Source: a virus
Direction: 5' to 3' (one strand)
IMG/VR virus record: IMGVR_UViG_3300025141_000030
DNA length: 64,000 bases
Positions within the stretch are counted from its first letter, which is position 1. Each line of letters begins with the position of its first letter. Shown here piece after piece: positions 19,663 through 29,000 of the stretch. The position numbers and the translations under genes were made by a program. The notes under the pieces were generated by a model that saw nothing but the letters and a program-made list of their open reading frames with translations, was not told where the DNA came from and searched no databases.

Positions 19663-22637
19663 CCGAATTGAAGTCTCCAAAGAGCGCGCTGAATATCGCG
19701 GCCGATGAATTGGCCGGATATTTCTTGGAGCCGCCACTTTTAAGCCCAACACAGACGGCGCAGCAGAACGTGCAGGAGACAGATGAGAACCTCCGTAATT
19801 TAATTTTTGGAAGTCCCGCAGGCGCATTTCGTGGAGCCCAGATGGTCGAGAACCTGAAGGGCGCCCAGGAGAACCCGACCACTAATTTTCCTATTATGAT
19901 ATTTTCTGGGAAGGATGAGTCTTTTAATATTCCTGACAAGTACGGTTCCGATAAGTCTATGAAGATTGATCTCGATGGCACCGCTATGGCGGGCCTTGAC
20001 GCCGTTATTGGCGAGACATTGCCGACTGGCACCACACCGTCCGATGATGGTGCTCATCTTAGTGTCATATGCTGTATGGCGCATAAGCTCGGGCCCTCGA
20101 TGAGAAATGTCAAGGCTATTGAGCTGTTCTTCAACTCCCTGCCAACCGTCCAGCTTGCCCTGTGCCAACCTTACTTAACTGTCAACATTTCCAACGATAA
20201 GAATCCAACCCCCGGGACCAATCGCGCCACAGGAACCTCTCTGTATAAGTTCCTGGAAGGTGCTAAGGATTTATCCACTGAAGACTCGACTATTAAGATG
20301 ATGGCCGGTGAGGGTGTCAAGGCCTCGGGTACTCCTGGTAACATTAGGGAGATACCTGGGCTACTTGAGTCTATTATGAGCGGAGAGGGGCCTATTTTAG
20401 GCTCTGCTGGCATGGAGATATTTACGTCACCACAGCTTTTAGTTCCCGCTGCCGATCACACGACATACAATCCGGAGCTAAGGGCTGCACCCATTATCGA
20501 TCGATTCCGTCCGTTTTTATCGCTTAATGACTTCCAGGTCAAGACAACCGGCGCCGGTTTTGGGACGATATCATACCGGACAGCCACTATGTCCTTGACA
20601 CTTCACGATCGCTCTAGGATGGGTGAGATATCGCAGCTTTTGAATCCGGGCCAGTATAAGTCAGCTAAATTTTTTATAGAGTGGGGATGGTCTCACCCGC
20701 ACGGAAATCTCGTTGATACATCACTTGGGGCCGGCGATGGATCTCCGAATGTCTATGGAAGATTTTTAAATTCACTTCGAAAGCGTGAGACGTATCGAGT
20801 CACCAACTATAAGCTCTCATTCGACGACGTAGGCCAGGTTAAAATTATACTTCAGCTACATTCCTCAGCAGCGATGGATATGACCAATATCAAGATTCCG
20901 GCTGGCCCTGGTATAACTGGTGTCGGTGGTGCCTATCAAAATTTGATGGACATTACCGAGACAATCCAGGAAGCGCTCGGCACGCTCAGTTCCCAGCCAG
21001 GTGGGTCTGAGTCGCTGGCTAATGTCAAGGGTAACAGATTTCTGGGAAGTATGCAGAGTATTACAACAATTCCTAATTTGCAGACACCTGTCGGTGATTC
21101 GGGAACGCCGCTATCGACCCAGCTCAGGCAGTTACGTGCACAGCTTATAGTACTTAAGTCAGATAGTGATGCTTCGTCCCAGGCTCGAACAGCCGCAAAG
21201 GATTTGATAGCTGCTATTAATGAGGTGTACACTAAGTCGTCAAATCCTCGAGACGGTACTACCATGGTTGATATGATGTATGGGGATATTGAAAGCTCTG
21301 TCAATAGAAAACTGGCCCTTATAGATAGCGTGAACACACGCAATGATGACCTGTCTATAGCTCGCTCTCCCGATCCATTTTTTGATATTTCTGCGAAGTG
21401 GGCTGAGGCAGTCGAGTCAGGGCTTAGTGCTGTTGACCCGCCAACTCAGAAGAAGTCAGTGGTGACATTTGGCAAGCTGATGGCAATTTTTCTGGGTGTT
21501 CCGCTGATGACAGGAGAAAGCTACAGCGATGTTCAGCTTATATTTCATAAGTTTAATGATCAGGCAGGTGCCGCTGGTATTTCAAACCGCGGACCCTCTA
21601 GGAACATATCAGAGTTCACTATAAACATTAATCAATTTAAAAGTGTCTTTACTTCATTCGTCCAGCGTCGAAGGACAGTCGATCTCACGGTGCAGGACTT
21701 TGTGCAGTTTGTGGTCTCAAATTTCGTCGACGACATGTCAAATGAGATGTACGGAGTGGAGTCATTTTACCAGTCGACCATTGATGAGACCGGCGAATAT
21801 AAGGTGGAGCGAAGGGACGACGACATCGAGGCCAGCGCTCTCGGAGATGCTAGGGGCACAAAGCTAGAGGCTATTGGCGCTTCTCCAGAGTTTAAGATGC
21901 CACAGGTGGGAGTTAATATAGAGCAGATGTCTGGCGATTCTGGAACAGAGAACGATGACCTGGTCTTGAATGAGATAGTTAAGATTCATTTTTTTGACAA
22001 GCAGTCAACTCCGCACGGCGCGTACATGAACACCTTAACAGCAGCCTACGAGCATTTTACCAAAGGCTATGTTCAGCAGCCAGGAGAGATTGCCGATCCA
22101 GTTCCAGAGGAACCATCAACGGAGGAGGAGGGTGACGCTGGCACAGACACTGCCGAGGAGGGTGGTGGTCTCGGAGCCCAGGCAACAGATATAAACACAA
22201 GCTTAATGCTTCGGGTAATTCGGGCCAACGTTCCGACCATAACCTACGGCACCTCCGCATCAGTCATCAAACGTGCTCAGCTTAGCACCATGAATGACCA
22301 GGCACTCTCCACTAACATTATGACAGGTGGCGGCCCAAACCCGAGCCCCCTGACACCTCAGGGAATGGGTGATGGCAATGTTCCAATGATGATATTCCCC
22401 ACACAGCTGTCTATGACAATTATAGGGTGCCCTATTATTGAGTATATGCAGCAGTTTTTTATAGACTTTGGAACTGGCACATCTGTCGACAACATATATC
22501 ACGCCATCAACGTGACGCACAAGATTGGTCCTGGCAACTTTGAGACCAATTTGGGCTTTGCCTTCGTGGACGCCTACGGCACCTTCCGATCTTATGTCGC
22601 TGAGCTCAAGGAGACAGAATCTTCTGACCAGTCATAA
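19659..22637 (+). CDS. Putative baseplate hub protein
   Basis: 992 aa; 'FIEWGWS' and C-terminal 'LSMTIIG.P.I...Q.F.ID.......DNIY....V.H.I....FET.L' resemble hub (gp27/gpD-like) proteins; follows the LysM gene. Confidence 0.5.
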   Translation: MTELKSPKSALNIAADELAGYFLEPPLLSPTQTAQQNVQETDENLRNLIFGSPAGAFRGAQMVENLKGAQENPTTNFPIMIFSGKDESFNIPDKYGSDKSMKIDLDGTAMAGLDAVIGETLPTGTTPSDDGAHLSVICCMAHKLGPSMRNVKAIELFFNSLPTVQLALCQPYLTVNISNDKNPTPGTNRATGTSLYKFLEGAKDLSTEDSTIKMMAGEGVKASGTPGNIREIPGLLESIMSGEGPILGSAGMEIFTSPQLLVPAADHTTYNPELRAAPIIDRFRPFLSLNDFQVKTTGAGFGTISYRTATMSLTLHDRSRMGEISQLLNPGQYKSAKFFIEWGWSHPHGNLVDTSLGAGDGSPNVYGRFLNSLRKRETYRVTNYKLSFDDVGQVKIILQLHSSAAMDMTNIKIPAGPGITGVGGAYQNLMDITETIQEALGTLSSQPGGSESLANVKGNRFLGSMQSITTIPNLQTPVGDSGTPLSTQLRQLRAQLIVLKSDSDASSQARTAAKDLIAAINEVYTKSSNPRDGTTMVDMMYGDIESSVNRKLALIDSVNTRNDDLSIARSPDPFFDISAKWAEAVESGLSAVDPPTQKKSVVTFGKLMAIFLGVPLMTGESYSDVQLIFHKFNDQAGAAGISNRGPSRNISEFTININQFKSVFTSFVQRRRTVDLTVQDFVQFVVSNFVDDMSNEMYGVESFYQSTIDETGEYKVERRDDDIEASALGDARGTKLEAIGASPEFKMPQVGVNIEQMSGDSGTENDDLVLNEIVKIHFFDKQSTPHGAYMNTLTAAYEHFTKGYVQQPGEIADPVPEEPSTEEEGDAGTDTAEEGGGLGAQATDINTSLMLRVIRANVPTITYGTSASVIKRAQLSTMNDQALSTNIMTGGGPNPSPLTPQGMGDGNVPMMIFPTQLSMTIIGCPIIEYMQQFFIDFGTGTSVDNIYHAINVTHKIGPGNFETNLGFAFVDAYGTFRSYVAELKETESSDQS

Positions 22638-22686
22638 GGATAATAGTTTTGTTTAATTGGTAGCGTTGGCGTTATAATTTACGACA

Positions 22687-23886
22687 ATGCTGTTGCACAT
22701 TTCATCCAGGTTGGTCGACGGAAAGTGTGGGATTACATTCTCATGTGATGATTCTGTGACGAGTGAGTCCACACCACCCCCTGGCGCGTGGACAGTGGGT
22801 GATCCCAGCTCCCTTCTCCGCGTCGAGGACCTAGCCGCAGTCTCCGGTTTAGAGATTGACCTCAGCCCCCCACAGCAGTTTCTTCGCGCCGCCGCGACGG
22901 TCGCGCCACTCAAGTCTGTGCCCCTAAAGTGGATGATGCCCGGCGATGTGTACCAGGACTACCTTAGGAGGCTCAGGAATGACTCCTGGGACATCCTGGA
23001 GCGCGGGATGGTGGAATACTATCATTCTTATTTCGCGACCACCAGGGACCTCCTGAGAGCCCTTGAGAGCGCGTCCATTAATTCGGTCACTCTTCAAAAT
23101 TTTATGCAGGGCAGCATTTCCCCTGGCCAGCGATCTGTCATTGCGTCATTCCGACCAGACGACACCGGATTTGCGCCGCTTGTGCGATACAACCAGGTTG
23201 GCTCTAGGACAGGTCGCCTGACTGAACGTTCGGGTCCACAGATTCTTCGCCTCAAGAGAGATTTTCGATCCATAATTCAGTCTAGGTTCGACGGCGGTCA
23301 CATAGTGCAGGTGGACTTTGTCTCCCTGGAGGCACGTATTGCCGCTGCGCTTGGGGGTATGGTTCCAGAAAGGGATATCTACACGCAGCTCTCTAGGACA
23401 GTCTTTGAGAATCGATATCCCAGGAGTGCCGTTAAGCTTGCCTGCCTCTCAGTCATCTATGGTGCCGGCCGCAAGCGCCTCGCCTCTCAATTGTCTGTCA
23501 ACCTCGAAGCCGCCGGGGATATTATTGAAAGGATCTCACGGGCTTTTGATGTTAAGAAGGTGTCGATGGAGCTGCTGAAAGACGCCGTGGAGACCGGATC
23601 GATCTCCAATCACTTCGGTCGAAAGATGCTGGCGACTGACAAGTCATCCCATATACTCTATAATAACTTTATTCAGTCGACAGGGGTAGATGTTGCAATG
23701 CACGGATTCCAGCAGATCGTCACCCGACTGAAGGGAGATAAAATCGTTCCTATTTTTATCCTACATGATGCCATAATTTTCGATGTTCATTCGAACAGCA
23801 TGGAAACACTGCGAAAGCTGGCCAACTGCCACATGCAGATAGATGGCTTTGAAGTTCCATTCTATGTTGATGTTTCTGGCTTTTAG
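22687..23886 (+). CDS. Minimal family A DNA polymerase (polymerase domain only)
   Basis: 'RTGRL', motif A 'VQVDFVSLEARI', motif B 'RSAVKLACLSVIYG', 'NNFIQSTG.D', motif C 'ILHDAIIF'; no recognisable exonuclease domains. Confidence 0.8.
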   Translation: MLLHISSRLVDGKCGITFSCDDSVTSESTPPPGAWTVGDPSSLLRVEDLAAVSGLEIDLSPPQQFLRAAATVAPLKSVPLKWMMPGDVYQDYLRRLRNDSWDILERGMVEYYHSYFATTRDLLRALESASINSVTLQNFMQGSISPGQRSVIASFRPDDTGFAPLVRYNQVGSRTGRLTERSGPQILRLKRDFRSIIQSRFDGGHIVQVDFVSLEARIAAALGGMVPERDIYTQLSRTVFENRYPRSAVKLACLSVIYGAGRKRLASQLSVNLEAAGDIIERISRAFDVKKVSMELLKDAVETGSISNHFGRKMLATDKSSHILYNNFIQSTGVDVAMHGFQQIVTRLKGDKIVPIFILHDAIIFDVHSNSMETLRKLANCHMQIDGFEVPFYVDVSGF

Positions 23887-23924
23887 CTTGGTAATTTTAC
23901 TCCTATTACACCTATTTATAGTGC

Positions 23925-24563
23925 ATGGACAATATTAAAAAGCTATTAAGTGAGCTGATCCAGGAGACGTACCCTAGTCGCCGAGCGATGCATGTCACTC
24001 CAATCGATTATCGATCTGGTAGAGGAACTGGTGTGCCCGCCGCATCTAAATTTACCAGTGATACACCGCAGCGTACGCAGCTCGGCCGACCCCCACGTCC
24101 CACTCCCATGCATGGCCAGATCGGCGATCCATCAGTTTCAGGCACAGATTACATGGGATCAAAGATGATCCAGAACTCTGGAGACTCCTACTATATTCCC
24201 GACGAGTACTCTGACAAGCCAGTGCCAAACCTTGGAGATGAGGATGTCAGAAATCGTGAGAGGATAAGGAAGCTTATTAACGCTCTTTTTCTTGAGCCAG
24301 AGAATGCAGACGTCGACGCCATGGTTGCCGATAACAGCGCACCGAGTCCAGCGGGTCACCTATCGACCAATCAAAAGTTCATGGACAACAGCCTGGACGA
24401 GGATGAGGTCGATGAGATTTCAGCAGGTGGTGTTGCTGGCGCCACAGTTCCCGTTGGAGTAGGCCCAGAGTACCCAAAAAAGCCCCAACGAAGCAAGCAG
24501 CCCCCGTCTTGGCATTACTACATGAAGGCCGTGGGCGGATCTGTCATAGATCCTGAATTTTAG
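23925..24563 (+). CDS. Hypothetical protein (possible late / virion-internal protein)
   Basis: 212 aa, low-complexity Pro/acidic; preceded by the CTATTTAT motif. Confidence 0.55.
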   Translation: MDNIKKLLSELIQETYPSRRAMHVTPIDYRSGRGTGVPAASKFTSDTPQRTQLGRPPRPTPMHGQIGDPSVSGTDYMGSKMIQNSGDSYYIPDEYSDKPVPNLGDEDVRNRERIRKLINALFLEPENADVDAMVADNSAPSPAGHLSTNQKFMDNSLDEDEVDEISAGGVAGATVPVGVGPEYPKKPQRSKQPPSWHYYMKAVGGSVIDPEF

Positions 24564-24670
24564 CTTGTACACACGCAGATAAAAGAGTATTTTATAAGTG
24601 TGAATATAAAACACCGGAAAACAGCCGGAATATTCCGATTTGTCACTGAACAACACTGAAGGAGAAAAAG

Positions 24671-25495
24671 ATGGCAATTGATTTCGATGCAATTAGGCGC
24701 AAGGTCGCCGAGCTCTCAGGAGAGGGCTCACGAGGAACTTCCAACTTCTGGAAGCCGGATGTGGGAACGCACACTGTGCGCCTGCTTCCTTTTAACGATA
24801 ATGACGGTCAGCCGTTCAAGGAGCGATACTACCACTACGGCCTCGGAGCCCGTGGATTTATTTCTCTCCGGCACCTGGGCAAGAATGATCCGATCCAGGA
24901 ACTCCAGGGGAAGCTCTATGATGAGGGTTCCCCAGGATCCCGTGAGCTGGCCAAGAAGCTCTATCCCAAGATGCGAGCTTACTGCCCAGTCGTAGTCCGT
25001 GATAATGAGGGTGCTGGTGTCCAGCTTTGGTCATTTAGCAAGATGATTTATCAGCAGCTGCTGAATATTATGCTTGATCCAGATTATGGTGATATTACCG
25101 ATCCGAGCGAGGGGCGTGACATTAAGGTCACGGTCATCAAGAAGGATGGGTTTAAGTATCCTATGGTTGACTCTGTCATGCCACGAGGGAAGGCTTCTAA
25201 CCTTAATGATGATACCGCCGCAACTAAGCAGTGGCTGGATTCAGTTCCTAACCTAGATGATATTCTCAAGAATGACCTTAAGACATATGAGGAGGTCGAG
25301 AAGATTGTCAATGATTGGGTAAATGGTGGTGCCCCTACTGACTCTATGGGAACCACACGGTTCGGCACTACGACCACGACCACTGTTGCTGGTACAGGAG
25401 GCACGACTACTAGCGAGTCGACATCCACTGCTGCCGCCACGGAGGGTGCTGGGTATACCGACCTTGATGCTGCGTTTGAAGATCTGCTCAGCTAA
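24671..25495 (+). CDS. Single-stranded DNA-binding protein (T4 gp32-like)
   Basis: 'FWKP..G...VRLLP', 'GVQLWSFSK.IYQQL', 'DYGDITDP.EGRDI', acidic tail 'DLDAAFEDLL'; AAGGAG RBS. Confidence 0.8.
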   Translation: MAIDFDAIRRKVAELSGEGSRGTSNFWKPDVGTHTVRLLPFNDNDGQPFKERYYHYGLGARGFISLRHLGKNDPIQELQGKLYDEGSPGSRELAKKLYPKMRAYCPVVVRDNEGAGVQLWSFSKMIYQQLLNIMLDPDYGDITDPSEGRDIKVTVIKKDGFKYPMVDSVMPRGKASNLNDDTAATKQWLDSVPNLDDILKNDLKTYEEVEKIVNDWVNGGAPTDSMGTTRFGTTTTTTVAGTGGTTTSESTSTAAATEGAGYTDLDAAFEDLLS

Positions 25496-25508
25496 TTCGG
25501 AGGTATAA

Positions 25509-26654
25509 ATGGCGGGCTCCACAAAGAAGCAGGTCCACGACTTTACTGCGGATCTGATTAAGTCACTTAATAAGGAACACGGAAGTAAGATTGCCTATAA
25601 CTTGTCCGTGGACGAGTCACCTACTAATATCAAGAGGTGGATCTCCACAGGTTCAAGACAACTTGACTATCTGGTCTCTAACAGAAGGGATGGCGGCATT
25701 CCGGAGGGGAGGATTATTGAGATCTTCGGTCCTCCCAGCATTGGAAAGTCACACATTGCCATCCAGTTGGCCAGGTCAGTCCAGGAGATGGGCGGTATTG
25801 CGGTGTACATTGACACCGAGAATGCGACGTCGATTGAGAATCTCCGTCGTCTTGGTGTTGATGTGTCTAAGAGATTTGTCTTTGTGGAGACCGCCTGCAC
25901 CGAGGAGGTCTTTAAGATAGCAGAAAATACGATTAAGAAGGCTAAGGCGATTAGCGGTGGGGTTCCTGTTATTATTATTTGGGACTCCGTTGCTGCCTCC
26001 TCACCACTGGCTGAACTTATTGGAGACTATGATAAACAGTCCATCGGCCTTCAGGCCAGGGCGATCTCCAAGGGGATGAGGAAGATAACACAGGTTATTG
26101 GAACTGAGAATGTCACGTTTGTCTGTCTTAACCAGACAAGAACCAAGATTGGGGTGATGTACGGTGATCCCACCACCACCCCCGGTGGAATGGCAATTCC
26201 ATTTCATGCCTCTGTGAGGATTAAACTGGGCGCGGGCCAGCAGCTTAAGAACAAGGACGGTGACATTATTGGTATTAATGTCTCCGCCAAGACTATTAAA
26301 AATAAGGTCGCGCCACCGTTTAGGACATGTAATTTTGAGATTCATTTTGGCGTTGGAATCAAGGAGCATGAGCAGCTGTTCGATATCCTCCGGCGTGCCG
26401 GCAGCTTTGTGCAGGGCGACGTCGAGGTCTCTGTGGGCGGCACCGGAAGCTGGAAGACCTTCACGGTTGTGAATACAAAGACTGGCGAAGAGATAGCCAG
26501 TAAAAAATTCTACAAGGCTGAATTCAATCAGGTCTTGACGAATACCGTGCATAGACCTTATTTGGATGACTTTATCGAGCATGTTATGATTAAGGAATTT
26601 AATATAAATGAGCTTGATGAAGGCAATGTCGCCGATGCACTAGACTTGGAATAA
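25509..26654 (+). CDS. recA: RecA/UvsX recombinase
   Basis: 'ISTGS..LD', 'GGIPEGRIIEIFGPPSIGKS', 'YIDTENA', 'IIWDSVAA', 'NQTRTKIGVMYGDP.TTPGG', 'KNKVAPPF'. Confidence 0.95.
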   Translation: MAGSTKKQVHDFTADLIKSLNKEHGSKIAYNLSVDESPTNIKRWISTGSRQLDYLVSNRRDGGIPEGRIIEIFGPPSIGKSHIAIQLARSVQEMGGIAVYIDTENATSIENLRRLGVDVSKRFVFVETACTEEVFKIAENTIKKAKAISGGVPVIIIWDSVAASSPLAELIGDYDKQSIGLQARAISKGMRKITQVIGTENVTFVCLNQTRTKIGVMYGDPTTTPGGMAIPFHASVRIKLGAGQQLKNKDGDIIGINVSAKTIKNKVAPPFRTCNFEIHFGVGIKEHEQLFDILRRAGSFVQGDVEVSVGGTGSWKTFTVVNTKTGEEIASKKFYKAEFNQVLTNTVHRPYLDDFIEHVMIKEFNINELDEGNVADALDLE

Positions 26655-26662
26655 GAGGAGCT

Positions 26663-27607
26663 GTGTCGAATATTTTATTGGTGGACGCTTACGGGCTGTT
26701 CATAAGACACTACTCTGCAAATCCGTCAATCTCTTCTAATGGATATCATGTGGGTGGAGTTGTCGGTTTTTTAAAGGCACTTCAGTATGCCATTCAAAAG
26801 CATTTTGCCAGTAAGGTATATATCGTCTGGGAGGGCGGAGGGTCAGGCTTTAGGCGAAGCCTCCTGAGTTCGTACAAGGACAAGCGCCGTCCGATTAGGA
26901 TGAACCAGTACTATGAGGAGGCGATTGATGATACTTATGAGAGCAGAAATCGTCAAATTTTAACGCTATTAAAGCTGTTAAAGTATGCTCCATTCTGTCA
27001 GCTTTATGTTCCTGACTGCGAGGCCGACGATATCATCGCTTATCTTTGCAAGTATTCCCATCAGAATGAGAATAAAATTATCCTCTCCTCTGACAAGGAC
27101 TACTACCAGCTTTTGGATGAAAAAACGTTCATCTCCACGACAATTAGGAAAAAATTAATAGGTTCGGCTGACGTAAAGGAAGAGTTCGGTATTTCCTATC
27201 GTAATTTTGCCCTTGCCAAGGCTATTGTTGGGGACAGGTCCGATAAGATCGATGGTGTCAAGGGCGCGGGGTTCAAGACATTAGCGAAAAGATTTCCTGC
27301 CCTGGTGAACGATGAGGACGTACTGCTGGAAGAACTTTTCGATTATGCCAGACAGATGTCCGAGAGCAAAATAATTTTATATAGGAGGATCTTAGAGGGG
27401 CGCGATTTGATTGCGAGAAACTGGAAACTTGTTCACCTCGACACCGCCTCCCTTACGAGCCAACAAATCAGTAGAACCGACGAATTATTGCAAAATTTTA
27501 CACCCAGAAATAATAAATTTGACTTCCTGCGTGCAATAATAGAGTGCGGCCTAAACAACTTTGATGTGGACGGCTTTTTCTTTCCGATGAAAACGATAAG
27601 GTGGTAG
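26663..27607 (+). CDS. 5'-3' exonuclease / flap endonuclease (PolI N-terminal or T4 RNase H-like)
   Basis: 'LLVDAY', 'YK.KR', 'EADDIIA', 'SSDKDYYQL', 'GD.SD.I.GV.G.G.KT'. Confidence 0.92.
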   Translation: MSNILLVDAYGLFIRHYSANPSISSNGYHVGGVVGFLKALQYAIQKHFASKVYIVWEGGGSGFRRSLLSSYKDKRRPIRMNQYYEEAIDDTYESRNRQILTLLKLLKYAPFCQLYVPDCEADDIIAYLCKYSHQNENKIILSSDKDYYQLLDEKTFISTTIRKKLIGSADVKEEFGISYRNFALAKAIVGDRSDKIDGVKGAGFKTLAKRFPALVNDEDVLLEELFDYARQMSESKIILYRRILEGRDLIARNWKLVHLDTASLTSQQISRTDELLQNFTPRNNKFDFLRAIIECGLNNFDVDGFFFPMKTIRW

Positions 27608-27608
27608 A

Positions 27609-29000
27609 ATGGAATCATTGAGTAACCCTAGTTTTGCTGAGCACGGCACATCATTTCAAGAGAAAATTATGCAGGCCCTCCTGTCAGATCACCAGTGGGC
27701 TGAGCAGATGTCTGAGGTCATTAAGATCGACTATTTTGACCTTAAACACCTGAAGTTCCTGTCCCAGAAATATTTTGATTATTATACGAAGTACCGAACT
27801 TTTCCCACGCTACAGTTGCTCGTGACAATTATTAGGGATGATCTTCGTGCGGGGACCGATGTAATTCTTCGTGATAAGATTGTTGAGTACCTACAGCGAA
27901 TTAAGCTGAATCCAGACATGGGCGACATTCAGTACGTCAAGGATAAGTCTTTAGACTTTTGTCGAAAGCAGGCAATGCGATCTGCGCTCGAGCAGGCCGT
28001 AGATATGATTGCCACTGGGCAGGATGAGAATGTTATTAACATTATACGGGAAGCCCTGACAGTTGGAACGACACCCTCTATCGGCCATGAGTTCATTGAG
28101 GACATGGAGAGCAGGTTTGTTCATATTGTCAGGCATGCCTGTCCGACTGGAATTAGGGAGCTGGATGACAGAAAGGTCATGAATGGAGGTCTTGCCAAGG
28201 GCGAGATTGGTGTCGTCGTCGCCAATACGGGAGTTGGAAAGTCCCACTTCTTGGTCCAGGCCGGTGCGACAGCCTTGATGAACGAAAAGAATGTAGTTCA
28301 CTATACTTTCGAGCTGTCAGAGGTCTCAACAGGATTGCGGTATGATTCACACATTTCGGATATCCCTATTGACGAGCTTCTTGAAAGAAAAGAAGAGGTG
28401 ATTGAAAAGTATAAGGGACTCGACTTGGGTCGGCTTATCATTAAGGAGTATCCAACTGGCTCCGCTTCGGTGGTGACGATTAGGAATCACATCGAGAAGC
28501 TGGCACTTAAGAATTTTAAGCCTGATGTGCTTATTATCGACTATGCAGACATCATGCGCTCTACGCGATCGTATGACTCCCTTCGCCATGAGCTTAAGTT
28601 AATCTACGAGGAGCTTAGGAATATGGCAATGGAACTAAAAATTCCGATTTGGACAGCCTCACAGGCTAATCGCTCCTCAGCGCAGAGCGACATCGTCGGC
28701 CTCGAGAATATGTCTGAGGCCTACGGTAAGGCGATGGTCGCTGACGTTGTCCTTTCATTGTCACGCAAGACCCACGAAAAGGCAGACGGCGCCGGCAGGC
28801 TCTTCGTCGCTAAGAACCGTGCCGGTCGCGACGGCTTGATTTTTCCAATTAAAATCGATACAGCGCAGTCTAAAATCCGTACATTAACAGAGAGCGAAGT
28901 CGTAGAGCTAGATAATAAAAAACGGGAATCTGAAGCCGACATGAAAGAGCTTCTCAGAAAAAAGTGGCGTGAGGTAGCTCAGGATAGAAAAGTCGTGTGA
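27609..29000 (+). CDS. dnaB: Replicative DnaB-like helicase (gp41-like)
   Basis: Walker A 'ANTGVGKS', 'YTFELS', 'IIDYADIM', 'WTASQANR', 'KNRAG.DG'. Confidence 0.9.
   Translation: MESLSNPSFAEHGTSFQEKIMQALLSDHQWAEQMSEVIKIDYFDLKHLKFLSQKYFDYYTKYRTFPTLQLLVTIIRDDLRAGTDVILRDKIVEYLQRIKLNPDMGDIQYVKDKSLDFCRKQAMRSALEQAVDMIATGQDENVINIIREALTVGTTPSIGHEFIEDMESRFVHIVRHACPTGIRELDDRKVMNGGLAKGEIGVVVANTGVGKSHFLVQAGATALMNEKNVVHYTFELSEVSTGLRYDSHISDIPIDELLERKEEVIEKYKGLDLGRLIIKEYPTGSASVVTIRNHIEKLALKNFKPDVLIIDYADIMRSTRSYDSLRHELKLIYEELRNMAMELKIPIWTASQANRSSAQSDIVGLENMSEAYGKAMVADVVLSLSRKTHEKADGAGRLFVAKNRAGRDGLIFPIKIDTAQSKIRTLTESEVVELDNKKRESEADMKELLRKKWREVAQDRKVV

Noticed and set aside
131-22637. Bacterial extracellular contractile injection system or tailocin instead of a phage
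   Set aside because: Neck/head-joining genes and an adjacent full phage replication module with gp32-like SSB indicate a phage genome.
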